Below, piece by piece: positions 1-8,939 of a stretch of 64,000 nucleotides of DNA. The notes beneath the pieces were generated by a model. The model saw nothing but the letters and a program-made list of their open reading frames with translations, was not told the DNA's origin and did no database searches. This DNA is from Victivallaceae bacterium (lineage in GTDB: Bacteria; Verrucomicrobiota; Lentisphaeria; Victivallales; Victivallaceae), in the NCBI GenBank assembly GCA_045596885.1, contig JAZODE010000147.1:465-64464 (forward strand), given 5' to 3'. Numbering within the stretch: position 1 is the stretch's first letter; the number at the start of each line of letters is the position of its first letter. Both the position numbers and the translations under genes were made by a program.

Positions 1-1401
1 ATCCGTAAGCGGCAGGAAGTCGGACGTGGTTTGCGTTTGTGCGTCAATCAATTCGGAGAACGGCAGGACGCTTCGGTTTTAGGCGGCGATGTTCAGAAAA
101 TAAATGTCTTGACAGTTATTGCTAACGAGTCCTATGACAGTTTTGCCAAGGCTCTGCAAACAGAATATGCTGAAGCAGTAGCAGATCGCCCCCGGCAAAT
201 CACCGACACGCTTTTTATCAACAAAGTTGTGCATAATGCCAGAGGTGAAGAAGCTGTTCTCTCGGCAGATGATGCCAGTGAAATCATTTTTTCGATAGCG
301 GCAAATCAGTATATTGATATCCGCAAAAAGACTTTGACGGATAAATACTATGATGACAAGGCCGCCGGAAAACTTGCTTTGCCGGAAAGTATGGAAAGTT
401 ATCGCGATGACATTGTGAAAATTATTGACAGCATTTATGATCCGGCAAAACTTGCTCCGGAAGATGCCAGCAAAAACAATGTTTCTTTGCATCTTGATAA
501 GAATAAACTCAACCGCAAAGAGTTTCAGGAACTCTGGAAACAAATCAGTGCCAAAACAGCTTACATTGTCGATTTTGACACAGATGAGCTTATCCGAAAA
601 GCTATCCAGCAGATCAATACTGAGTTGAGAGTTTCCAGAATCTTTGCGGTCATTGAGTCCGGAGAAATGGGAACCATTCAGTCAAAAGATGCGTTGCTTG
701 AGGGGACAGCGTTCTCTAAGCCTCAACGAGATACAGATGATAATCTGAAAACGGCGGCAAGCAGCAGCGTAAAATATGATCTCATTGGAAAAATTGTTGC
801 AGAAACCGGATTGACCAGAGATGCAGTTGCAAAAATCCTGAAAGGGATCAATGCCGAAAAGTTTGCAATGTTCAAACGCAATCCGGAAGAGTTTATTATC
901 AAAACCTCGACTTTGATCAATGAACAGAAAGCAACTGTCATTGTGCAGCAGATCACTTATAATAAGTTGACTGAAACGCACACTACAGATATTTTCACTA
1001 AACCTAATATGAAGGGACAGCTCGGTGTCAATGCAATGATCTCTCCGAAGCATCTGTATGATTATCTGATTTTTGACTCCAAAGCATCAGAACAAAAATT
1101 TGCAGAGGAGTTGGAAGCCGCCAACGAAGTTGTACTGTATGTTAAATTACCGAGGGGATTTTATATCAATACACCCGTAGGAAAATACAATCCTGACTGG
1201 GCAATCGCATTTGATTCAGCAAAGGTAAAGCATATTTATTTCGTCGCGGAGACCAAGGGCGATCTTTCCACACTGCAATTGCGGAAAATTGAGTCAGCCA
1301 AAATTCAGTGTGCCAGAAAACATTTTGCTGCTATCAGTACCGATTCTGTGGTATATGACCATGTATCCTGCTATGAGGATTTGTTAAATGTTGTAAAATA
1401 A
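1..1401 (+). CDS. Type III restriction endonuclease Res subunit, C-terminal part (5' end outside window)
   Basis: Frame 1 is open from nt 1; the track ORF 31..1401 begins at an internal TTG. The C-terminus has a PD...ExK nuclease signature (KYNPDWAIAF...HIYFVAETKG) typical of type III Res. The region is visibly more AT-rich than its neighbours. Confidence 0.7.
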   Translation: MRKRQEVGRGLRLCVNQFGERQDASVLGGDVQKINVLTVIANESYDSFAKALQTEYAEAVADRPRQITDTLFINKVVHNARGEEAVLSADDASEIIFSIAANQYIDIRKKTLTDKYYDDKAAGKLALPESMESYRDDIVKIIDSIYDPAKLAPEDASKNNVSLHLDKNKLNRKEFQELWKQISAKTAYIVDFDTDELIRKAIQQINTELRVSRIFAVIESGEMGTIQSKDALLEGTAFSKPQRDTDDNLKTAASSSVKYDLIGKIVAETGLTRDAVAKILKGINAEKFAMFKRNPEEFIIKTSTLINEQKATVIVQQITYNKLTETHTTDIFTKPNMKGQLGVNAMISPKHLYDYLIFDSKASEQKFAEELEAANEVVLYVKLPRGFYINTPVGKYNPDWAIAFDSAKVKHIYFVAETKGDLSTLQLRKIESAKIQCARKHFAAISTDSVVYDHVSCYEDLLNVVK

Positions 1402-1442
1402 TGGGGAGAATGATTGGGATTCGGGGAGAAAGTATTTTCGGT

Positions 1443-3362
1443 TCAACGCCGTCTGCTGCGGGGCAGGATCACGGGTTCCGTGGGCTGTACGTTGAGGTAG
1501 CGCAGCGCCCGTTCCACTGTTTTCTGGAAAATGGGGGCTGCGACAGCTCCGCCGCCGCTGCCTCCTTTGGGGTTGTCTACGGTGACGACCATCACCAGCT
1601 TTGCCTCATGAGCAGGTACAAAACCGCCGAAACTGGTGTAGTACTGATTGTCAGCATAGCCGCTTTTGCGAATGATCTTTTTAGTTACCGGATCCCTCAC
1701 AGCTTCAAGGTTCTTCCGGCTGGTTCCGGTTTTGCCCGCCACCTGAAATCCGGGAATCGCCGCACGCCTTGCCGTTCCGTCACGGGCAGTAACAGAAATC
1801 ATCATGTCTATGACTTTGTAAAGCTGTTCAGGATCTGCACCCGTTTCAATAAAGCTCCCTGATGGGACTTTTTCAATTTTACCGGTTTGGGGATCGCGGA
1901 TCCCGTGGATCAGCTTGAGGTAGGGCAACTTGCCGTTATTGGCAAGTCCGCAATAGGCCCTCAGCAGCTGGAGAAGCGTGGTGTTGAAACTGTATCCGAT
2001 GGGAATACGGGTAATGGCAAGGGAATCCCAGCGGCGGGGCTGCGGGAAAAATCCCCGCTGTTCGTTGGGGAAAGGCAATCCGCTGCGGGAGTTGAATCCG
2101 AAACGGCGCAAAGCATGATCGACCTCCTCCTTCCCCAGCATCGTTGCAATCTTCGCAGTACCGATGTTGCTGGATTTTTTTATCACATCAGAGACACTCA
2201 GCATCTTGTAAGAGCCCACATCTTTCAATTTCTTTTCTTTCCAGTAGCCGCCTTCACAATCAATAAGATCTTCAGGTCTGACGATGTTGCGTTCCAATGC
2301 CCGGAGCACCGTAAAGGGCTTGGCAAGGGATCCGGGTTCGTAAAGGTCCTGAACATAGCGCATTCTGACTGCCCCCTGATTTTTGTAGGTCGCCCGGTTG
2401 CCCGGATCAAAGGTGGGACGCTGGGCAATGGCGAGGATCTCACCGGTCCGGGGATCTGCAATAGCAGCAAAAATACCTTCCGGCTGCCACTTTTCAAAGG
2501 CGGCATCCAATTCCTCCTCAAGGATCGCCTGTACCGGTTCAAGGATCGTCAGAAAAATATCCTTGCCGTCGGCGGGCGTGAAGATCTTGTTATCGGCAAA
2601 AATAATGGGATGCCCCGCAGGAGTCCTCTCAAAAACATTCCTCCTCTTTTCTGGAGTCATTGCCGCGTTGAAACGCATTTCGACTCCGTTCCGGGGCTTG
2701 AGCATATCGTTTTCGACATCCACATATCCCAGCAGATTGGCAAGCATCCTGCCCTTGGGATAAACACGGACGACACCGGGAGAATAGGTAAAAACCCGGC
2801 GCAGATCCTGTTTTTTCTCCTTTTTCTTTTTACCCTTTTTACTCTGCTTATTCTTCTCCTCCGGAGGTGTCAATGCCGCCTTGAGACGCCGCACCTCTTC
2901 AAGAGAAGCGTTGCGCTTCACAAGAAAATAATGGTTCCGGCGTTTGACGCTTTTACCATCTTTACCGGTAACGGTGCGGAATCTGTCAAGGCGGAAATAG
3001 TAGTCACGGTAGGATTTTTCCGGAAAGTGCTGTGCAAGGATCCATGCCAGACGGCGGCGATCCTCCTCTTTTTTGACATTGTAAGGGGAACACTCAACAT
3101 TCAACCGGGGGGAATTGGCAACCAGCAAATTGCCGTTGCGGTCAAAAATCTCTCCGCGCTGCCCGGTGACGGTCTGTTTCTGAGTGTAGATCTTGCGCGC
3201 TTCAGCAAGATAGTGGTCACGCTGCATGACCTGAATGTAAAAAAAGCGGCCGCAGAGACAAAGCCCCACAAGAGTCAAGAGTCCAGCCATGAAACGGATA
3301 CGGACACGGATGGACTCGGGAGTACTGACAGAATTTTCAACTGCTTTCCTGTTTTGCCCCAT
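1443..3362 (-). CDS. ftsI: Peptidoglycan D,D-transpeptidase FtsI / class B penicillin-binding protein
   Basis: N-terminal TM anchor and the three transpeptidase motifs SLAK (SxxK), SSN (SxN) and KTG. It lies directly downstream of ftsL, rsmH and mraZ. Confidence 0.9.
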   Translation of the reverse strand: MGQNRKAVENSVSTPESIRVRIRFMAGLLTLVGLCLCGRFFYIQVMQRDHYLAEARKIYTQKQTVTGQRGEIFDRNGNLLVANSPRLNVECSPYNVKKEEDRRRLAWILAQHFPEKSYRDYYFRLDRFRTVTGKDGKSVKRRNHYFLVKRNASLEEVRRLKAALTPPEEKNKQSKKGKKKKEKKQDLRRVFTYSPGVVRVYPKGRMLANLLGYVDVENDMLKPRNGVEMRFNAAMTPEKRRNVFERTPAGHPIIFADNKIFTPADGKDIFLTILEPVQAILEEELDAAFEKWQPEGIFAAIADPRTGEILAIAQRPTFDPGNRATYKNQGAVRMRYVQDLYEPGSLAKPFTVLRALERNIVRPEDLIDCEGGYWKEKKLKDVGSYKMLSVSDVIKKSSNIGTAKIATMLGKEEVDHALRRFGFNSRSGLPFPNEQRGFFPQPRRWDSLAITRIPIGYSFNTTLLQLLRAYCGLANNGKLPYLKLIHGIRDPQTGKIEKVPSGSFIETGADPEQLYKVIDMMISVTARDGTARRAAIPGFQVAGKTGTSRKNLEAVRDPVTKKIIRKSGYADNQYYTSFGGFVPAHEAKLVMVVTVDNPKGGSGGGAVAAPIFQKTVERALRYLNVQPTEPVILPRSRRR

Positions 3363-3368
3363 TGCAAA

Positions 3369-3797
3369 TCATCTCCTGCGGGATGGATAGACGGCACTGG
3401 ACGCCACCTTCAAAGGTGTCAAAGGAATATTGGCAGCCTGTTCAGGAGTATACACGCCAATGGAAATGATCTGTCCGAAAGCCGCCTGCACAAGGGGCAA
3501 TTTGAACTGGGCGATCTTTTTGCTGATATGACTCCAGTTTTTGAGCTCTTCAATGGTGTTGCGGAGATGACAATTCTCAGCTTTCACCTCCTGGATCTGC
3601 TTTTTGATATCATCAGTCCTGTCTGCGGACTTGACACTTTGCTGGCGCAAATAGAGATGCCCCACCAGCACCCCCATAAAAGCAATGATGACCAATATAA
3701 ATTTAACAACAAAGCCGCCGTAATTCATGGTATTTCCGTTGTTGCGTCTTCTGCGCTCGCTGCCGGTACCGTTGGATCTTGCCGGATACAAGTTCAT
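3369..3797 (-). CDS. ftsL: Cell division protein FtsL-like (single TM plus coiled coil)
   Basis: Small bitopic protein between rsmH and ftsI. The ATG at 3797 is preceded by a GGAGGG Shine-Dalgarno (SD) sequence (3804-3809). The track ORF extends to 3827 without an SD. Confidence 0.6.
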   Translation of the reverse strand: MNLYPARSNGTGSERRRRNNGNTMNYGGFVVKFILVIIAFMGVLVGHLYLRQQSVKSADRTDDIKKQIQEVKAENCHLRNTIEELKNWSHISKKIAQFKLPLVQAAFGQIISIGVYTPEQAANIPLTPLKVASSAVYPSRRR

Positions 3798-3853
3798 AAC
3801 ATTCCCTCCATTTTCCTGATTTTCCAATATTTATATGTTCAACAAACTTATTT

Positions 3854-4795
3854 TTACAACTTTTCAGCCACCCGCAGCTTGGCACAAGCTGCTCTGGGGT
3901 TCTTTTTCAGCTCCTCTTTTGAAGCTGTCACTGCTTTGGAGCGCAAAGGCAGAGTCAAAAGTGCCTGATGTCCGCAGCAGCAGACCGGCAATCCGGGGGG
4001 ACAGACACACCCTGTGCTTTCCCGGCGGAAAAAATCCTTTACGATCCTGTCCTCAAGAGAGTGGAAAGAGATCACAGCGATCCTGCCCCCCTTTTTCAGC
4101 AGTTCCAGGGAGCTTGCCAGTCCCTCTTCGAGCTGTTCCAGTTCCCGGTTCACGGCGATCCTGAGCGCCTGAAACACCAGTGTGGGAATGGGCAGTTTCC
4201 CCGGAGCAGATTTCCCCAGTGTCTCATCGCACAATTTCACCAGATCTGCCGTAGTACCGAAAAAGCCGTTCTCTCTTTTCTCTACGACTGCCCGGGCAAG
4301 TTTTGCTGCTGAACGCAACTCCCCATACTCCCGGAAGATACGGAACAGTTCCTCTTCAGAGCTGAAATTGAGCACCCGTCCGGCTGTCACTTCGGAACTT
4401 TGATCCATTCTCATATCCAGAGGTCCCTCATGGCGCCACGAAAAGCCCCGCTCCGGCAGGTCGATCTGAGGAGAAGAAACGCCGATATCCAGCAATATTC
4501 CATCAACCTCGTCCCATCCGGCAGCAGCGGCAAACTCTTTCATGCGGGCGTACTCGCCGTGAAAGAGCCGAAAACGCCCTTTGGCAAAGGCAAGTTTTTT
4601 CTCAGCGTTTTCCAGTGCCATTTCGTCACGGTCGATGCCCAGAAGCTCCAAATCGGGGTACTTTTCAAGGAGCAGCGAACTGTGACCGCCGCCGCCCAGA
4701 GTTCCGTCGATCATCCTGACCTTTTGTCCCTCAGGGAAAGTCAGATGCTCAAGAACATCTGCGGCAAGAACAGGTATGTGATGAAATTCGCTCAC
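3854..4795 (-). CDS. rsmH: 16S rRNA (cytosine1402-N4)-methyltransferase RsmH
   Basis: Motifs HIPVL, GTLGGGGHS and LLDIGVSSPQID. GTG start overlaps the mraZ stop (GTGA). Confidence 0.95.
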   Translation of the reverse strand: MSEFHHIPVLAADVLEHLTFPEGQKVRMIDGTLGGGGHSSLLLEKYPDLELLGIDRDEMALENAEKKLAFAKGRFRLFHGEYARMKEFAAAAGWDEVDGILLDIGVSSPQIDLPERGFSWRHEGPLDMRMDQSSEVTAGRVLNFSSEEELFRIFREYGELRSAAKLARAVVEKRENGFFGTTADLVKLCDETLGKSAPGKLPIPTLVFQALRIAVNRELEQLEEGLASSLELLKKGGRIAVISFHSLEDRIVKDFFRRESTGCVCPPGLPVCCCGHQALLTLPLRSKAVTASKEELKKNPRAACAKLRVAEKL

Positions 4796-5265
4796 AGATC
4801 CAGCACTCCTTCCACCAGAGCTGCCAAAGCTCCGTTATCGTTACCCAGTTTGGCGACACTTGTCAAATTGCCGCTGATACGGGAATCCACATCTTCGACG
4901 ACCCATTTTTCAGGAGCACACAACCGTATATGGGTCACAGCTCCGATCAATTTGATACTCTTGCTTATCCCCGCCGCTTCAAGCTGATTCTTTGCCAGAG
5001 TCACTCTTCCCTGACGGTCACAACGGCAGCTCCGCGCCAGAGAGCCCAGACGGGCGGCAGCCAGACGCAGCGCAGGATCTGCCACAGAAAGTTTCTGCAA
5101 TTCAGTAAAAAAATCAAGAAGAGCGCTTTCGCTCATCAGGAGCAGTGCCGAATCATTTTCGGGCAGAGCGACCCAGGAGCTTTCCCCCTCGCTCCGCCAC
5201 TCCCCGGGAAGACTGATGCGTCCCTGAGGATCAACGGAGTAGTCGTATTCTCCAACAAAAATCAT
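4792..5265 (-). CDS. mraZ: Transcriptional regulator MraZ
   Basis: Two DxxGR repeats (VDPQGRISLP, CDRQGRVTL). The canonical N-terminus MIFVGEYDY starts at the internal ATG 5265; the track ORF extends to 5310. Confidence 0.9.
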   Translation of the reverse strand: MIFVGEYDYSVDPQGRISLPGEWRSEGESSWVALPENDSALLLMSESALLDFFTELQKLSVADPALRLAAARLGSLARSCRCDRQGRVTLAKNQLEAAGISKSIKLIGAVTHIRLCAPEKWVVEDVDSRISGNLTSVAKLGNDNGALAALVEGVLDL

Positions 5266-5304
5266 TTTACTTTTCCGCTCCTTATTGAAACTTTTTACTC
5301 CTAT

Positions 5305-5334
5305 CGACACCTAACCACACCTAAAATATACCAA
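5305..5334 (-). promoter_or_regulatory. Candidate MraZ operator: three tandem 10-nt units overlapping the mraZ -10
   Basis: The minus strand reads ttggtatatt|ttaggtgtgg|ttaggtgtcg (TTnGGTnT with 10-bp period), just upstream of mraZ. Confidence 0.4.
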
Positions 5335-5351
5335 ATACATCAAAAAGTCAA
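5325..5351 (-). promoter_or_regulatory. Putative mraZ (dcw) promoter
   Basis: Minus strand TTGACT, 15 nt, TATATT. The spacer is shorter than optimal. Confidence 0.4.
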
Positions 5352-5398
5352 GCCATAAACAGAAAAAAAACAATTTTTTTTGTATTCTTTCGCCCCTA

Positions 5399-5427
5399 TT
5401 GAAAAAACACCCTTCCCGGTGTATATT
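5399..5427 (+). promoter_or_regulatory. Putative sigma70 promoter of hisB
   Basis: TTGAAA (5399-5404), 17 nt, TATATT (5422-5427), about 45 nt upstream of the hisB ATG. Confidence 0.6.
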
Positions 5428-5472
5428 ATCAACATGCTATATTATCGTTAATCAATACGGAGAAAAATCATT

Positions 5473-6060
5473 ATGGAGCGCACTTTTGAAATCCGCCGTA
5501 CCACCGGCGAAACCGACATTTCAGTGGCAATAAATCTGGACGGCAGCGGCAAAGCCTCTGTCGATACGGGGATCCCCTTCCTTGACCACATGCTCAACCT
5601 TTTTGCGCGCCACGGCTTCTTTGACCTTGAGATCAAGGCAAAAGGGGATATTGAAGTGGACTATCATCACACCATGGAAGATCTGGGGATCGTCCTCGGA
5701 CAAGCCATCGTCAAAGCCGCCGGAGACAAAAAAGGTATCCGCCGCTACGGAAACTTTCTGCTTCCCATGGACGAAACATTGGTGATGATCGCCCTTGATC
5801 TTTCAGGCAGAGCAGGACTCTACTACGATGTGACGCCCCCTGCCCCCATGATCAAGGACATTGATGCACGACTCTTCTATGAATTTTTCCAAGCGCTTTG
5901 CACCAACGCCGGACTCAACATGCACATCCGCATGATCTGTTCAGGTGAGGTGCACCATCTTTTTGAAGCCATCTTCAAAGGCTTCGCCAAAGCTCTGGAT
6001 CAGGCAACATCTATTGATCCCCGGGTACAGGGCGTACTTTCCACCAAAGGTTCACTGTAA
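5473..6060 (+). CDS. hisB: Imidazoleglycerol-phosphate dehydratase
   Basis: Motifs DTGIPFLDHML and DYHHTMEDLGI. Full-length 195 aa. Confidence 0.95.
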   Translation: MERTFEIRRTTGETDISVAINLDGSGKASVDTGIPFLDHMLNLFARHGFFDLEIKAKGDIEVDYHHTMEDLGIVLGQAIVKAAGDKKGIRRYGNFLLPMDETLVMIALDLSGRAGLYYDVTPPAPMIKDIDARLFYEFFQALCTNAGLNMHIRMICSGEVHHLFEAIFKGFAKALDQATSIDPRVQGVLSTKGSL

Positions 6061-6081
6061 AAAAAGGCTCCGGAGAAAAAA

Positions 6082-7293
6082 ATGGGATTTTCCTTGCGTA
6101 AGCTGGGGAGATATGATTATGCCACTTACTTGACATATATCTCTTACTCCAGCTGTTCTGTCATTGTTCCTGTTGTCCTCATTGAGATCGCACGGACCTT
6201 GAACTTTCCCCTTGAATCCGGCGGTCAGGGCGCAGGAGGCGCTCTGCAGATCGGCAGAAGTCTCTTTATGGTCTTTGCCATGATCTTTTGCGGATTCGCC
6301 GCCGGAAAATGGGGCAAAAGAGCTACCATCGGCACATCGGTGATCCTTATGGGACTTGGCATAGGCATTGCCGCCGTCGCCCCCTCTTACGGGATCATCT
6401 TTCTGGCTCTTGCCGTAGCTGGATTCGGTGAAGGGATCATTGAAGGACTCTGCACCCCTGTTCTGCAGGATCTTCACGAAGATGACGAGCCCAGCCGCTA
6501 TATCAATTTCGGGCACGGCTTCTGGTCCATCGGGATCGTCATGATGACCCTTCTGGTGGGGCTGCTCCTCAACTTGAAGGTTGACTGGCGTTATATTCTG
6601 GGTGGAGTAGCACTCTTTGCCATGTTTCCGGCACTCATGTTCCTGCTGCCGGAAAAGAAAAATCCCTTCAAAACCGAAAAGGTGGATGTGGCAACCGTCT
6701 GGCAGCACACCCTTAAAATCCTCAAATCAGGAAGATTCTGGCTCTTTTTCGCCCTTATGTTCCTGGGGGGCGGAGCAGAGTTCGGGTTGACCTTCTGGGC
6801 GTCAAGTTTCGTCCGGATGACCTTCAACTCCACCCCCATGCAGGGTGCCATGGCGACCTTGATCTTTTCCATCGGCATGATCATCGGTCGTCTGGGAGCG
6901 GCAGCGGTGGTCCCCCAGAAGTACCTTTTCCACATGCTGCTGGGAACTGCCGGGACTGGTATCATCGCCGGACTCATACTGCCCTTTGCTCCTTCCATCT
7001 GGGCTGCCTACGGACTCTTTCTGCTTCTGGGACTGGCTTGTTCCGCTCTCTGGCCCAGTTCACAGAGCTACTGTACCGACCGGATGCCTTTTCTGGATTC
7101 CACAGTGGTCTACATCATTCTTTCCTGCGCCGGAACTCCCGGATGCGGTATCATGACATGGCTGCTGGGAAAAATCGGAGACAATGTCTCTTTGAAGTGG
7201 AGCATGCTTCTGGTGCCTCTGTGTCTGCTTCTGTTTGTGGCAATACTGCTCTTTGAACGGATCAAATGGCGGACTCCAAAAGAAAACGCATGA
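6082..7293 (+). CDS. MFS transporter
   Basis: About 12 predicted TM helices and an MFS-like loop motif (GKWGKRATIG). Confidence 0.8.
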   Translation: MGFSLRKLGRYDYATYLTYISYSSCSVIVPVVLIEIARTLNFPLESGGQGAGGALQIGRSLFMVFAMIFCGFAAGKWGKRATIGTSVILMGLGIGIAAVAPSYGIIFLALAVAGFGEGIIEGLCTPVLQDLHEDDEPSRYINFGHGFWSIGIVMMTLLVGLLLNLKVDWRYILGGVALFAMFPALMFLLPEKKNPFKTEKVDVATVWQHTLKILKSGRFWLFFALMFLGGGAEFGLTFWASSFVRMTFNSTPMQGAMATLIFSIGMIIGRLGAAAVVPQKYLFHMLLGTAGTGIIAGLILPFAPSIWAAYGLFLLLGLACSALWPSSQSYCTDRMPFLDSTVVYIILSCAGTPGCGIMTWLLGKIGDNVSLKWSMLLVPLCLLLFVAILLFERIKWRTPKENA

Positions 7294-8939
7294 CAGAGAG
7301 CCAAACAGCAAACAGCAAAACTCCGGTGCCGCAAGATACACTCCTGCGGCGCTGGAGTTTTTTTTTCGTATATCTGCTTTTCTTCCCCGCCCTGCTGCAG
7401 CTGATTTTCGGAGCATTCTCCTTTTCCCCTGAAGAGTGGGGCAACTGGTTCGGCGGTCTGCTTTTCAGGGGGATCCCCGGAGCCCTTCTGCTCCTTGCCG
7501 CACTCCGCCTTCCCCGCCGGGCGGCACCTTTTTTGATGGGAGCGGTCTGTGCCGCAGCCGCTCTTTTCAACTTGCTGGATATCTTTCTGCTGGTCAATTT
7601 CGGCACCCTCTTTGACTGCGGAACGCTCCAGCTCATGTGTATTGCCCCTGCCGGAGAGGTCAGAGGATTTTTCCAACTCTTTTTCATGCGTCTTACCACC
7701 TGGGTGATATTGCTGCTTTATCCGGCGGCGGGAGCTGTGATTTTCACGGTGAAAAAGCAAAAGCTCCTCTGGTGCATACTTACCATACTGACGCTGACTG
7801 TGCTCATCTTTTTCAACTGCACTGCAAGAGAAAGCAAATCCCAAGTTCCCTCCCCTGCCGCCCGGATGAAACACTTTCTCCAATCGTGGCAAAAGAGCCG
7901 CAGACAGATCACCATGGAGTCAACCGCCGCCGCCCTGCAGGTCTCCAATTCCGACAAAGAGGCGCTCTATCTTCTCATTATCGGCGAAAGCCACTCCCGG
8001 AGACGCTCCTCCCTTTACGGCGCACGGCGTGATACCACTCCCCAGCTGAAAAAACTTTTTCTTTCCCGCCGGATCTTCCGCTTTGACAACGCTGTAACGC
8101 CTCATGTCATGACCCATCTGGCACTGCCGGGAATGCTGACCCTTGCGGGAAAGGATATTGACAATTTTTACAAATATCCCTCTTTGCCTGATATCTTCCG
8201 CAAAGCCGGATTCAAGGTGTGGTATCTCTACAACCAGATGCCCGACAGTGAAAGCGCCCTTCCCTTTCTTGCTGCGGCAAAGCGGGCGGACCACTTCATA
8301 TCCTTTTCCAATCCGGTCATAGGCTATGACTTTCAAATGATGGATAAAGTAGAAAAAATATTGGGATCACCCGGATCAAAAAAACTGCTGATACTCCATC
8401 TCAAAGGGAATCATTGGAAATATGCTGAGACTTTTCCGGAAGAAATGGGCTATTTTTCACGCACGGGGGGGAATTCCCAAAAAAAAAGGCTCCTCAACGA
8501 GTACGATGACTCTCTGCGTGCTCTTGACGCTTTTCTTTTCCAGATGCTCCAACTGCTCCAAGCCCAAAAGAAAAACGCATTTCTGCTCTATTTGCCCGAC
8601 CACGGTGAAGCACTTTATGAAGAAGATGATTTTGCAGGGCACACAGACCTCTTCCCCACTGCGGCTTCTGCGGAACTCCCCATGTTTCTGTGGTTTTCCC
8701 CCGATTTCGCCCGTCCGGAACTGCTTGCAGCAGTACAGAAAAATTTGAAGACGCCCTTTCTTTCTTCCGATCTGCCCCATTTCTTCATGGAACTTGCGGG
8801 GATCACTTCTCCCCTCTTTGCTCCTGAGCGTTCATTCATCAATCCCCGGTACAAAAAAACACCCCGGCATGTTTCCACCCGGAGCATTGATTACGAAACG
8901 ATGAAAAACAAAAGTTTTCCTATTTCAGAGCCGCAATAA
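7290..8939 (+). CDS. Phosphoethanolamine transferase (EptA-like, sulfatase family)
   Basis: N-terminal TM domain plus a sulfatase domain (LIIGESHSRR..LYGARRDTTPQL). The ATG at 7290 overlaps the MFS stop (ATGA). An alternative upstream ATG lies at 7266. Confidence 0.8.
   Translation: MTESQTANSKTPVPQDTLLRRWSFFFVYLLFFPALLQLIFGAFSFSPEEWGNWFGGLLFRGIPGALLLLAALRLPRRAAPFLMGAVCAAAALFNLLDIFLLVNFGTLFDCGTLQLMCIAPAGEVRGFFQLFFMRLTTWVILLLYPAAGAVIFTVKKQKLLWCILTILTLTVLIFFNCTARESKSQVPSPAARMKHFLQSWQKSRRQITMESTAAALQVSNSDKEALYLLIIGESHSRRRSSLYGARRDTTPQLKKLFLSRRIFRFDNAVTPHVMTHLALPGMLTLAGKDIDNFYKYPSLPDIFRKAGFKVWYLYNQMPDSESALPFLAAAKRADHFISFSNPVIGYDFQMMDKVEKILGSPGSKKLLILHLKGNHWKYAETFPEEMGYFSRTGGNSQKKRLLNEYDDSLRALDAFLFQMLQLLQAQKKNAFLLYLPDHGEALYEEDDFAGHTDLFPTAASAELPMFLWFSPDFARPELLAAVQKNLKTPFLSSDLPHFFMELAGITSPLFAPERSFINPRYKKTPRHVSTRSIDYETMKNKSFPISEPQ

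Noticed and set aside
1401-1862. A 153-aa plus-strand ORF immediately after the Res gene.
   Set aside because: It overlaps the 3' end of ftsI on the opposite strand, has no SD and has a biased, non-protein-like composition.
1887-3968. A 693-aa open reading frame antisense to ftsI, ftsL and part of rsmH.
   Set aside because: The sense-strand proteins have unambiguous catalytic motifs and conserved synteny. The antisense product is low-complexity with no recognisable motif. Its openness is best explained by codon bias of the sense genes, which avoid TTA, CTA and TCA (a shadow ORF).
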